A stretch of 64,000 nt of DNA from Nitrosopumilus sp. GTDB lineage: Archaea; Thermoproteota; Nitrososphaeria; Nitrososphaerales; Nitrosopumilaceae. The stretch covers positions 1,504,001 through 1,568,000 of the forward strand of contig OZ241981.1 in the NCBI GenBank assembly GCA_965204345.1, given 5' to 3'. Shown piece after piece: positions 30,910 to 39,880 of this stretch (position 1 is its first letter; each line of letters begins with the position of its first letter). The notes beneath the pieces were generated by a model. That model was not told the origin of the DNA and searched no databases. It saw nothing but the letters and a program-made list of their open reading frames with translations. A program made the position numbers and the translations under genes.

Positions 30910-31713
30910 ATGGAAGTGATCGAAATTCTTCGTGAGGCTTCAAACAAAATTTATGAAAATGTAAAGGATCTTGCAGGTACAGACGATGCTGCTGCCGGAG
31001 ACTTTGGGATTGGAGCAGGCGGAGATGTTTCCAGAAACATAGACATTATTGCTGAAAAGACAGTGTTGGACTATCTCAAGGAAATTGATTTTCAATGCAT
31101 AGTTTTAGGCGAGGAGTGCGGACGAGTGGAGCTATCAGAGAATCCGAGGGGATTTGTGATCATGGATGCAATAGACGGGTCTGCAAATGCAGTGCGAGGA
31201 GTCCCATTTTTTTGCAGTTCTCTTGCCTTTGCAACAGAAGACAAACTCAGTTCTATTACAGATGGAGTCATTACAAATCTCTCAAACGGTGAGATGTATT
31301 GGGCATCAGAGAACAAGGGGGCCTTTTTTGATAACCGGCAAATCAAAGTTCACAAAAAAGATCCCATCTACAAAATAGTTGGAATCAACACATCTGGTGC
31401 AACAGCTGATCTTATGAGAAAACTACATCCCATATTTGAGAACCATAACCACACAAGACATTTTGGTGCAAATGCCCTGGAGATGGCGCTGTTTGCAAGA
31501 GGATTGATGGATATTTTTATTGACTTGCGAGATAAAATTAGGGTTCAAGATATTGCGGCAGGCTATGTAATTGTCAAAGAGGCTGGAGGGCTGCTGTTGG
31601 ATGCGGATTTGAACCCGCTTGATGCGGACCTAAGCTATGAGACAAGGGTTTCATTTATCGCAGCTGCCAATCAGCAAATTCTTGATGAAATAATCTCACA
31701 AATTAAAAAATGA
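30910..31713 (+). CDS. Inositol monophosphatase / FBPase family
   Basis: GEE, DAIDGSAN and DIAAG motifs. Confidence 0.9.
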   Translation: MEVIEILREASNKIYENVKDLAGTDDAAAGDFGIGAGGDVSRNIDIIAEKTVLDYLKEIDFQCIVLGEECGRVELSENPRGFVIMDAIDGSANAVRGVPFFCSSLAFATEDKLSSITDGVITNLSNGEMYWASENKGAFFDNRQIKVHKKDPIYKIVGINTSGATADLMRKLHPIFENHNHTRHFGANALEMALFARGLMDIFIDLRDKIRVQDIAAGYVIVKEAGGLLLDADLNPLDADLSYETRVSFIAAANQQILDEIISQIKK

Positions 31714-31836
31714 TTTTTCAGAATTAAGGGATATGCACAGTCTGTGATATGATTGGTATTATGTGACCTGATCAGATTTTTTCAATCATCTCATAAGAGA
31801 AATATATTTAACCAAAGTCAGGAAAAAACTTTTTGT

Positions 31837-32679
31837 ATGGTAACTGAGGTCAAAGCAAAGGTAGTCTACAGGGAGCTGCTAAAAGAAGATCTAGTAATCA
31901 TACGGCTGGTTCCAGAAAACGGGGTGCCAGAATACAAAACAGGCCAGTTTTTAACAATAGGACTCCCTATTCCTGCAGAAAAAAAAGTTGTAAGAAGGGC
32001 ATATTCGATTGCATCGCACGCAGAAAACAGGGATTATTTTGAATTTGTAATTAGATGGGTAAGAAAACCGCTGCCAGGCCGTGTAACGACTGAATTATTC
32101 TATCTGAGCGTTGGCGATGAGGTATCTCTTGGAGATCCAACCGGAGCTGCATTACAAATCAGTGACAAGTTACCTGACGGAGAAAAAGACAACAGAAGAA
32201 TAATCTGTGTGGGTGGGGGCACAGGACTGGCACCGTTTATTGCATTTGCAAAACACTTTCACGATACAGATGACAAGCGAGAAATAATCGTATTGCATGG
32301 CGCAAGTTACGTAGATGAGTTAAGCTACAAGCGTCTTTTAACGGATTTGGAATTAGAAAGTGAAAAAAGAGGAAGGGATCAATGGAACTTTAGATACAGA
32401 GCTGCAATAAGCAGGCCAAAGGAATTTTTCAACAGATCATGGTCTGGTCATGTAGGCAGGGTAGAGTCATTTTTCAAGCCTGATAAGAAATCAGGGCTGT
32501 CCCCGGTAGAGGAAATGGTGGGAGAAGAGCTTACTCCGGAAAATTCAATCATATACATTTGTGGATACCAAGGAACAATTGACGGTGTAATTGAACACCT
32601 TGGTCCAAAGGGATTTGTTACAGAGCATGAAAAAAAACCGGACGGAAGTTTTGGAATAAAGTTCGAGTCGTACGGATAG
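31837..32679 (+). CDS. Ferredoxin-NADP+ reductase (FNR-like)
   Basis: RRAYSIAS, GGGTGLAPF and YICG motifs; C-terminal ESY. Confidence 0.9.
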   Translation: MVTEVKAKVVYRELLKEDLVIIRLVPENGVPEYKTGQFLTIGLPIPAEKKVVRRAYSIASHAENRDYFEFVIRWVRKPLPGRVTTELFYLSVGDEVSLGDPTGAALQISDKLPDGEKDNRRIICVGGGTGLAPFIAFAKHFHDTDDKREIIVLHGASYVDELSYKRLLTDLELESEKRGRDQWNFRYRAAISRPKEFFNRSWSGHVGRVESFFKPDKKSGLSPVEEMVGEELTPENSIIYICGYQGTIDGVIEHLGPKGFVTEHEKKPDGSFGIKFESYG

Positions 32680-32810
32680 GAACCTTTGATAAACTAACTG
32701 CTGATCTTCATTTCTGGGAATTTCAATTGTTTTAGGTCAGGTTATCACACTTGTAAATGATTTTAGAATACACCTGTGGATTTTTATATTGAGTATATTT
32801 TCCCCAAAGT

Positions 32811-32978
32811 ATGGTCAAACTCAAGTGTAGTGATTATGGATTTGAGTGTGACTTTGTATCTGATGGGGAGCTGGAGACTGTGCTAGATGATTTTAGAAAT
32901 CATACAGAAGAAGAGCATGGAATAGATTACTCTAAAGAAGCAGTCATGCAGTTTATCCTAAGAAAACAGAAATTATAA
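32811..32978 (+). CDS. Small metal-binding protein (DUF1059-like), not in the ORF track
   Basis: Manual translation MVKLKCSDYGFECDFVSDGE...FRNHTEEEHGIDY...QKL* has the C-x-D-x-G-x2-C...H-x4-H pattern. Confidence 0.8.
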   Translation: MVKLKCSDYGFECDFVSDGELETVLDDFRNHTEEEHGIDYSKEAVMQFILRKQKL

Positions 32979-32983
32979 TAAAA

Positions 32984-34072
32984 CTAGGCATCCAGCTTTC
33001 TCATTCTAGCAGATAAAACCGGAAGTTCCTTGTCTATGATTTTTTCCACGGCAGGCACAAGTCCGGCCCTTGCCTTGACACTTTCCTCATAAAGCTCCGT
33101 AATTTGATCTCTGAATAATAACTTGATTCCGGGAAGCGCAGTTATGCCCTCATCAACAGTCCTTGGATCAGATAAATCCAGAATTAAGGTGCCTTTTTTC
33201 TTTTCTTCCATCACTAGCTTGATCCTATCAAATGTAATCAAAAAGTAATCAGAAGTAGTTGCAACAAAAATTATGTCATATTTATCAAATCCTGCCAATA
33301 CATCGTTAAAATCCACAGGAGTACCGCCAAGAATGGTTGTAAACCCGGTAGCACGCCCAATACTTCTGCTTGTGACATCAAAGGCAACCTCCTTTTTATT
33401 CAGAGTCTTTGCAAGCATTGCGGCAGGCTCACCGGTACCAATTACGAGCACCTTTTTCTTGGAATCCAGACCCGCCTTTTCATCAACAAGCTTTACTGCA
33501 ACATCACCCAAAGAAATCACATTTTTTGAGATTCCTGTGGTATCCCTCATTCGTATGGCAAGTCTGATCACACTGTCAAATAATTTATTGAGAATGTTTC
33601 CAGATACTCCTGCATCCTTTGCTTTTGCTAGGGATTGTACAATCTCATCAAAGACTTCCTGTTTGCCGACTACTACAGAATCCAGACCCGATGCCAATCG
33701 CAGCAAATGCAAATAGACGTCATCGCCTTTGTAGACTTCAAGCGTTTGATCAAAATGATCAATATCAATTTGCTCTAACGAGGATAAAGACACCCATGTG
33801 TCTTTTATTTTGTTTAACACAAGCGTTTTTCCCTCTTCCCTTCTAGCGTCTGGAGAGTCATCAGTTTCAACATTGCTAACAGTGAATATTTCGACCCTGC
33901 TTGCCGTCTGGATAATAATACATTCATCAACACCGGGAATTTTTTTGAATTCCTCGCATGCTGCATTGACATCCTTGAAGGTAAATTTGGAGAGTGTGTG
34001 CAGAGGAATATTTTTGAAAGTTACCCTGGCATTCATTACATCAAAAGATACGCGGCCCAAAACATCACCCAT
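32984..34072 (-). CDS. Glutamyl-tRNA reductase-like protein (HemA paralog lacking the catalytic Cys)
   Basis: HLLRLASGLDS, IGTGE and DLSDPRTVD match HemA, but the canonical TCNR motif reads TASR. Confidence 0.8.
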   Translation of the reverse strand: MGDVLGRVSFDVMNARVTFKNIPLHTLSKFTFKDVNAACEEFKKIPGVDECIIIQTASRVEIFTVSNVETDDSPDARREEGKTLVLNKIKDTWVSLSSLEQIDIDHFDQTLEVYKGDDVYLHLLRLASGLDSVVVGKQEVFDEIVQSLAKAKDAGVSGNILNKLFDSVIRLAIRMRDTTGISKNVISLGDVAVKLVDEKAGLDSKKKVLVIGTGEPAAMLAKTLNKKEVAFDVTSRSIGRATGFTTILGGTPVDFNDVLAGFDKYDIIFVATTSDYFLITFDRIKLVMEEKKKGTLILDLSDPRTVDEGITALPGIKLLFRDQITELYEESVKARAGLVPAVEKIIDKELPVLSARMRKLDA

Positions 34073-34878
34073 TATGCGCTAATTTTATCCCGTCCGCCCT
34101 TGGCTGTTCTAAAAACATTCATACCGATATAGAAATTCTCATGCAATGATTCCAAATAAGTAATCTCATTCTTTGTGTCCTGAATTTCTTTCTCAGTGGC
34201 ATCAGGATCGTCTTTTAATTGTTTTAATTTCTGCCTAGTCTCCTCTAAAAATGAGCTAACGCCACGTTCATAATTTGAAACGCCCTCAAATTCGGGACTA
34301 AGAACATTTTCTGGAACATAGGCAGGAGTCTGATCCTGCGGGATCTCTGCCTTTCTTGTAAGCGATTCTTGCTCATCTGCAGAAAGTATGGGTCTTGGAA
34401 ATCTGTCTTTTTTATCTAGGAAGAATTCCGGCTCGCCCATATCACGTCTGAAAATTTCTTCACCCTGTCTTTTGAAAGTATGATCAGACTTTTTGGTCGC
34501 ATCTGCCTTAACTTCAGCAGCAATTGCTTTGTATTCTTCCTCGGCTGCTGCCTCTGCCTGTTCTTTAGCTGCCTTTGCTTTTGCAAGGGCCTCTTTGACT
34601 GCACGTTCGGCCTCTTCTACGGCCTTGGCAGCGGCTTCTGCCTTTAATGTCGCATCCTCAGCCGCTTTTGCATCATCAGCTGTTTTTTCAGCCGCTTTTG
34701 CAGTTGCATCCTCAGCCGCTTTTGCATCTTCAGCTGCTTTTTCAGCCGCTTTTGCAGTTGCATCCTCAGCCGCTTTTGCATCCTCAGCCGCTTTTGCAGT
34801 TGCATCCTCAGCCGCTTTTTCAGAGGCTGAATCTTTAGTTGGTTTTACTTTAGACTCTTTTTTCTCTTCAGACAACAA
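34072..34878 (-). CDS. Ala/Glu/Lys-rich repeat protein (coiled-coil)
   Basis: N-terminal tandem AAEDATAK/AAEDAK/AAEK repeats followed by a unique C-terminal region. Confidence 0.75.
   Translation of the reverse strand: MLSEEKKESKVKPTKDSASEKAAEDATAKAAEDAKAAEDATAKAAEKAAEDAKAAEDATAKAAEKTADDAKAAEDATLKAEAAAKAVEEAERAVKEALAKAKAAKEQAEAAAEEEYKAIAAEVKADATKKSDHTFKRQGEEIFRRDMGEPEFFLDKKDRFPRPILSADEQESLTRKAEIPQDQTPAYVPENVLSPEFEGVSNYERGVSSFLEETRQKLKQLKDDPDATEKEIQDTKNEITYLESLHENFYIGMNVFRTAKGGRDKISA
34650..34822. repeat. Coding tandem repeats (CAGCCGCTTTTGCA / GCATCCTCAGCCGCTTTT units)
   Basis: Multiple near-identical 12-24 bp in-frame units. Confidence 0.85.
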
Positions 34879-35001
34879 ATTTCACTAAAATTCCCTGAAT
34901 TTTAATATTTTTGTGAGACAGTTAAATGACATCGTTTAGAGGATATGTTATGTTGTTCTGATCGGCTACAAAATGATTCTAAATATTGAAAATGAAAATA
35001 A

Positions 35002-35020
35002 TGGCACCCTCGGTGGGATT
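35002..35020 (-). repeat. att-like copy 1 of tRNA-Asp 3' end
   Basis: TGGCACCCTCGGTGGGATT vs TGGCGCCCTCGGCGGGATT at 50351-50369: 17/19. Confidence 0.75.
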
Positions 35021-35305
35021 CAATATTTTTGTTTAAATCCCCAAACTATGATTACGTATAAAAAAATTCATTTAAATCGATTTTTGTACTTTATCAATTC
35101 AGATCGTCATCATTAAATCTACTTCTACTCATTGCACTAAAGCCTGTAATTGGTCAAACTCCACTAAGTTTGGTTTTCATTTTGTGGATCTTTTACTTTG
35201 AATTATTGGATTTAGCGCAGAACTACGCTCTCATCACTGATTTTTACTTAAAAAGAAACCATTCATTTTCAATAAATACAATCTAAAAAGCATGTTTTGT
35301 TGGAA

Positions 35306-35590
35306 TTACACCTTTTCTTCACCTTTGGTTTTAGTAGCAACATCAATTGTTATGGGTTCTGCTGTAGATGTAACAATATCAACTGCATATGCACACAAAT
35401 CAACGGGTATGGGATTACTCACACTCCAAGTAATTTCACCAACAGTATTTATTTCAAAATTCAGATGTGGATAAGCATTTGCAAATATTTTTTGATATTA
35501 TGGAATTAATTCCATATTTGATTCGTCTATAGTAATTAATAATACAGAAGAATCCATTGAACCAACTAGCTGTTCCTCCAAGCTTTTCAT
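35306..35590 (-). pseudogene. Eroded ORF with an internal stop
   Basis: MKSLEEQLVG...MELIP*YQKIFANAYPHLNF...KGEEKV* reads in a single frame with one TAA. Confidence 0.35.
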
Positions 35591-35917
35591 ATTTAGGACA
35601 TGATGGTTCTTTTTTATTTTTCAATTTATTTTTACAATGTATACATCGATAAAAAGATCAAGTCTAATTTTCTAATCGAAGATTCTAAAGACTATGCAGC
35701 ATTTTGTAACTCTTTTTTGGAGAGATCATCAGAATTATCATTTTGAACACAACAATGAATAACATTTGTTTCTCTCTCACGTAAAACAACAATCTTAATT
35801 TTTGAGATTAATTTGGCATTATCCACTATGTCATCTATTTCATGATCAAATGGATTATCCTATTGATGAGGTGACAATTAAAAAGAATTAAGAGATATAG
35901 GATTTAAACAAAGCTGA

Positions 35918-35939
35918 TGGCACTCTCAGCGGAATTTGA
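35918..35939 (-). repeat. att-like copy 2 of tRNA-Asp 3' end
   Basis: TGGCACTCTCAGCGGAATTTGA: 18/22 to 50351-50372. The flank TAGGATTTAAACAAA also resembles TAGGAATTTAAACAAA next to the tRNA. Confidence 0.7.
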
Positions 35940-35957
35940 TGCTTTCAAGTCGGCCCT

Positions 35958-36059
35958 CTGGATGGATTGCACCTGAAATTTCTATTGGATTAGGGGGGGG
36001 GAAAACCCTGCATCGCCTTTCAAACCCTGGATGGATTGCACCTGAAATTTCTATTGGAT
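35958..36059. repeat. Perfect 33-bp direct repeat pair with a 36-bp spacer containing a G9 tract
   Basis: CTGGATGGATTGCACCTGAAATTTCTATTGGAT at 35958-35990 and 36027-36059. Confidence 0.9.
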
Positions 36060-36510
36060 AAATTGGTTTTTGACAAGCAAAACTAAGAAATTTTTGGATA
36101 TTTGATAATTTCTCTTGAAATTCAAAAATGATCTTGATTCGTTAAATTCCATACTCAATACTATTCTCTAACGAATTTCTTACTTTTTCTCCCCAATATA
36201 TTCAAAATGAGAGTCATTCCAAAGAAAATAGATAATGAGAATTTCTCACCAAGTTCAAATTTAATTTCTTTAGGTTGAATATGTTTGATATTAAAAACAT
36301 CTTTTTTTATTTGTTCAATACCTACATCAAATCCTGACAATCTTCCTACTCATCAAAATATGTTAGATGTGAATTAACCTAAGAGTAATTTTACCACAGC
36401 CCTCTGCATAGCATGGGTATTGTATGTAGAACTATCAGAAATAAAGTATAAGCATTACAAAGGCAGGAAAAATGTCCATAAGTTATCGCATCTCGGTGGT
36501 TATTGATGGC

Positions 36511-38362
36511 TTAGAATAGTCGTTTCTGACTTCTTTCTATATTTTTCATGCCTATTTTCTTTTTCCTTGATTTTTTGCTCTTTTTAGTTTTCTTGGATGC
36601 TTTTGAGACAATTTTTTCTTCCTTTGATTTATCCAGATTTAGTTTTGGTTGTTTACCCCATACCATCTTTTCTAGCTCTGCTCTCAATCTCATCGTCTCG
36701 ATTGAGACAGTTGTTACTTTTCGTAACAGATCTATCACATGTTCCTTATGATCTGCAAATTTGTACGTGTTGAATTTTTTCCTAATTTTGGGATCATCAC
36801 ACGATTTGGCGTGGATCATGTTTTTGGATTCTTTGTAGAATTCCAGAATCCATTCCAGTGCACACCTTGAGCTGAACTTGTATCTGAGGGCATCGTCTGG
36901 TATGTCTTCCAACATGGTCTGTTCATCTATTACTATTTTTGATAGTTTGTCCTCTTCCTTGGATTTCTTTAGACTTAATTTGACGCGGTTTTTCTTGGTT
37001 TTTTTGTCAGTTCGCTTTAGAGGATATGGTTTAGCACTTTCGAATCCAACATGAAGATCATAGAGTTTTTTGCCTATCCCAACCCATTCCATGAAATTTT
37101 CTGCCAAGGGTATTCTCGGGAATTTTCGTTGCAGATTGAACATATATTTTTCTGAATATTTTGGGTCATTGAATATGGCATATGTGTAATAGAATATGTC
37201 CTCATAAGTTATTTTACTACTTTTGTAATATGTTTGAAATAATTTTAAACCAAACTCTGTGATATTACTGTATCGTTTATTATTATCTCCATACATGTAA
37301 AGTGGAATACATTGTGCGCCAGGAATACAATCGTTTGAAGTTATTTTATTCGTTGCCAATGTTTGAAATAATATGTTAGTTTTTGGATTTACAAAACATA
37401 TTATCTTATTTGAATTTTGATCTGGAAATATCTGCGGAAATTTTCTTAACCAATCGATTATTATTTTGTCAAAGTATTGATATTTTACTACGAACGGTCT
37501 ATACATTGTCTTTTGAATATTTGTTTTGGTGTAAGATAAGCGATTACCGCGCAATAAATGATTTAATCCGCCTCTAGTCCATTTTATTGTTTTGTCTATC
37601 TCTTTCCCAATTTCTTTTACAGACTTTGTTGTATTTTCATATGTAACAATTTGACGATTATAAAATGTGAAAAAATATTTGATTTTATTTTCTAATCTTT
37701 TTTTATCAAAACTATATACCCAATCGTCTTTGGATGACATCGTTCCCATTGAAAGCAATTCAAACAGGGAATTCTCATCATACGCCACAGGAACCAACTC
37801 ATCAAAATCATTATTGGTCTGGTTAAGCCAATTAGCCTCCTTGTCAGGCATTATTTGCCTTAGTGATAGTGTAGAAAGCGAGTTGTCCGCAAGCCATTTG
37901 AGCTTCTCTTCTCTTTTCATATCGTCATCGACTTGTGTATAATAGATCTTAGATACCTTTTCACCAGTTTTAATAAAGAAGGAGATTGTGATGCCTATCT
38001 TCGCTTTACTTCCAAATACTTTTCCACCTTGTTTTCTCCAATTGGTTACATTTTGATTTCCTTTTAAATTTACAGTATAGATGTAATCAAATTCCTCATA
38101 TACTGCTCTCCTAAAACCGTCATCTGACTTTGCATCAAGAAAAGAATTATTGCTAATAAACACAACCATGCCATTTTTCTTGATACGCTCACTTGACCAC
38201 TTAAGAAACCGTTTGTACATGTCATACTTGGTGCTACCTTTTTTCACATTGGTATTGCTCCAAGTCTTTTCGATTTTTTGGTCAATGTCAGGATATTTGT
38301 CTGCAGGGTTAGCATCATTGAAGGATACCTGTATCGCGTTGTACGGCGGGTTTCCCAAGACC
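36511..38362 (-). CDS. Alternative (probably silent) 3' cassette of the Type ISP/IIG-like methyltransferase-specificity gene; 5'-truncated, starts at the GNPPY motif
   Basis: Intact 615-codon frame, inverted relative to 44550-46413 and a mosaic of identical and divergent blocks against it. Lacks the N-terminus and the SAM-binding motif I. Confidence 0.9.
38056..38362. repeat. Inverted repeat block 1, left arm (307 bp)
   Basis: Perfect reverse complement of 44550-44856 by manual alignment. Confidence 0.93.
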
Positions 38363-38366
38363 TGTC

Positions 38367-39530
38367 TTAATGGTGTGTGAGTATAGCCAGAATGCAGTCA
38401 ATCTGCTTCGGTGTAGCCTGATCTATCATCTCTTGTATTCGTTGCTTTTGCTCCAATTTGGGAATCTCACTAACTTGATCCAGATATTTCTCAGATCGTG
38501 CAAAAGCATTACTCATCTCGTTTACTAGAATTACAGGAAGTATTCCCTTGTTTGTAGTATATCTTGATTCTATGGTTCCTTTGTGTCCCATAAAGAAGGT
38601 ACGAAAATCATGTGCCATCTTTCCACGAGATTCTGCGATTAACAGTTGTGTATCAAAATATGCACGTAATACATAAGGCCTCCATGTAAATTTTGGTCTG
38701 AAAGTCTGACGTATTCTATCGCTTATGCGCTGTGTTGGAAGGAATGCCTTTTTTGATCTACGCCAAGTGTGTGTTGCTCGGTGGTCATTTGGAGATATTA
38801 CCGGTGAGTGTCCACACAGATCCTCCCCACATGCCAGCCTGTCGTTTAGATACGTCACAAGATGTTCTGTTGCAGATCTTGTGGAAAATGTAAAGTATTG
38901 ATGTCCAGCTTTTGACAGCTCACGTCTTACTATGATTTTATTTGGTAACTGATTGCACTTTACTTTCCCATGACATATTGTAATATCTGGAAGATCTCTT
39001 ATCTGTAAACCATCAGTTCCTCTATAGTTTCCAATTACTCCCGGTCTTAGACCTGATTTAGCCATCAGAGAAATCATTACAGATTCCCTCAAATCGGTTT
39101 TACGGTATATGTCTAACATCTCACTTGCATCTGGCACTCGTTCGTTCTGTAATGTAGGGGAAAAACCGAGTGATGCTACTCTTACTTTCCTTCTTACCAT
39201 TACGTCAAAATGTCTGAACCATGATTTTACGGTGTTTATATGATCTTCAATGTAACCGGGAGAATAATTGTGAGATTCCATCATTGTTATATGATCCTCC
39301 AGTAGATCGGTTGCAGTTCTTAGATCATTTACCGCTAGATCTGCAAGATGTGCAGGGTTAGTATGGTGCATCTCGCAGAACCTTCCCAGCTTTCGAAGAC
39401 GTCCTTCAGCTGTAAGCGGACTTCCACGTACCATGTTGTCATACCATCTTTTGACATCTTGATCCTGAAGCAGTTTAGATTTTTTGTGTTTGATTGAGCT
39501 AGCTTTTGTACATGATTTGTGAGTTGTCAT
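38367..39530 (-). CDS. Tyrosine recombinase/integrase (candidate invertase)
   Basis: Catalytic set: R (SGLRPG), K (LSKAG), YxxR in place of HxxR (YVLR), H (MGHKG), Y (SRYTT). Confidence 0.88.
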   Translation of the reverse strand: MTTHKSCTKASSIKHKKSKLLQDQDVKRWYDNMVRGSPLTAEGRLRKLGRFCEMHHTNPAHLADLAVNDLRTATDLLEDHITMMESHNYSPGYIEDHINTVKSWFRHFDVMVRRKVRVASLGFSPTLQNERVPDASEMLDIYRKTDLRESVMISLMAKSGLRPGVIGNYRGTDGLQIRDLPDITICHGKVKCNQLPNKIIVRRELSKAGHQYFTFSTRSATEHLVTYLNDRLACGEDLCGHSPVISPNDHRATHTWRRSKKAFLPTQRISDRIRQTFRPKFTWRPYVLRAYFDTQLLIAESRGKMAHDFRTFFMGHKGTIESRYTTNKGILPVILVNEMSNAFARSEKYLDQVSEIPKLEQKQRIQEMIDQATPKQIDCILAILTHH

Positions 39531-39880
39531 ACATATGGGTTTTAAACTAGCAACTTAATTCCGTTACCCAAGAAATTACTCTCTGTTTATAAAAAAACAT
39601 CACGCAACATGCATATTAGAATCATTATTGCTGTTTGATATCCACCCAAACCCATATGACCTCAGAATATCGTTTATCCCACACAAGATTTGTTTGTCTA
39701 TACACGACTATGCAAGAATTGAACTCCCAATAGGTGAACATATTAAGAATTATCCGCCAAAGAAAAAATAACCATGATAGTCAACAGAAGGCCAACGTCA
39801 TTCACATCACAAGGCATGCCAAAAAAATACAAAATATCTGTTGAAATGTTGAGATTAAAAAGGAGGCCATATAACCTAAA

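Noticed and set aside
34416-34888. Alternative-frame and antisense repeat ORFs (34416-34604, 34493-34888, 34647-34838)
   Set aside because: By-products of the stop-poor tandem repeat in the real minus-strand gene.
35958-36059. CRISPR array
   Set aside because: Only two repeats, no leader or cas genes in the window, and the spacer partly resembles the sequence before the first repeat. Kept as an unexplained repeat.
36070-36420. Possible gene remnant between the repeats and the alternative cassette
   Set aside because: Fragmented frames look protein-like, but I cannot assign a family with confidence.
36511-38362. Simple pseudogene or assembly duplication of the MTase
   Set aside because: The frame is fully open for 615 codons, and divergent segments alternate with identical ones at precise boundaries. 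A collapsed or duplicated assembly would not create this pattern. Read support is still needed.
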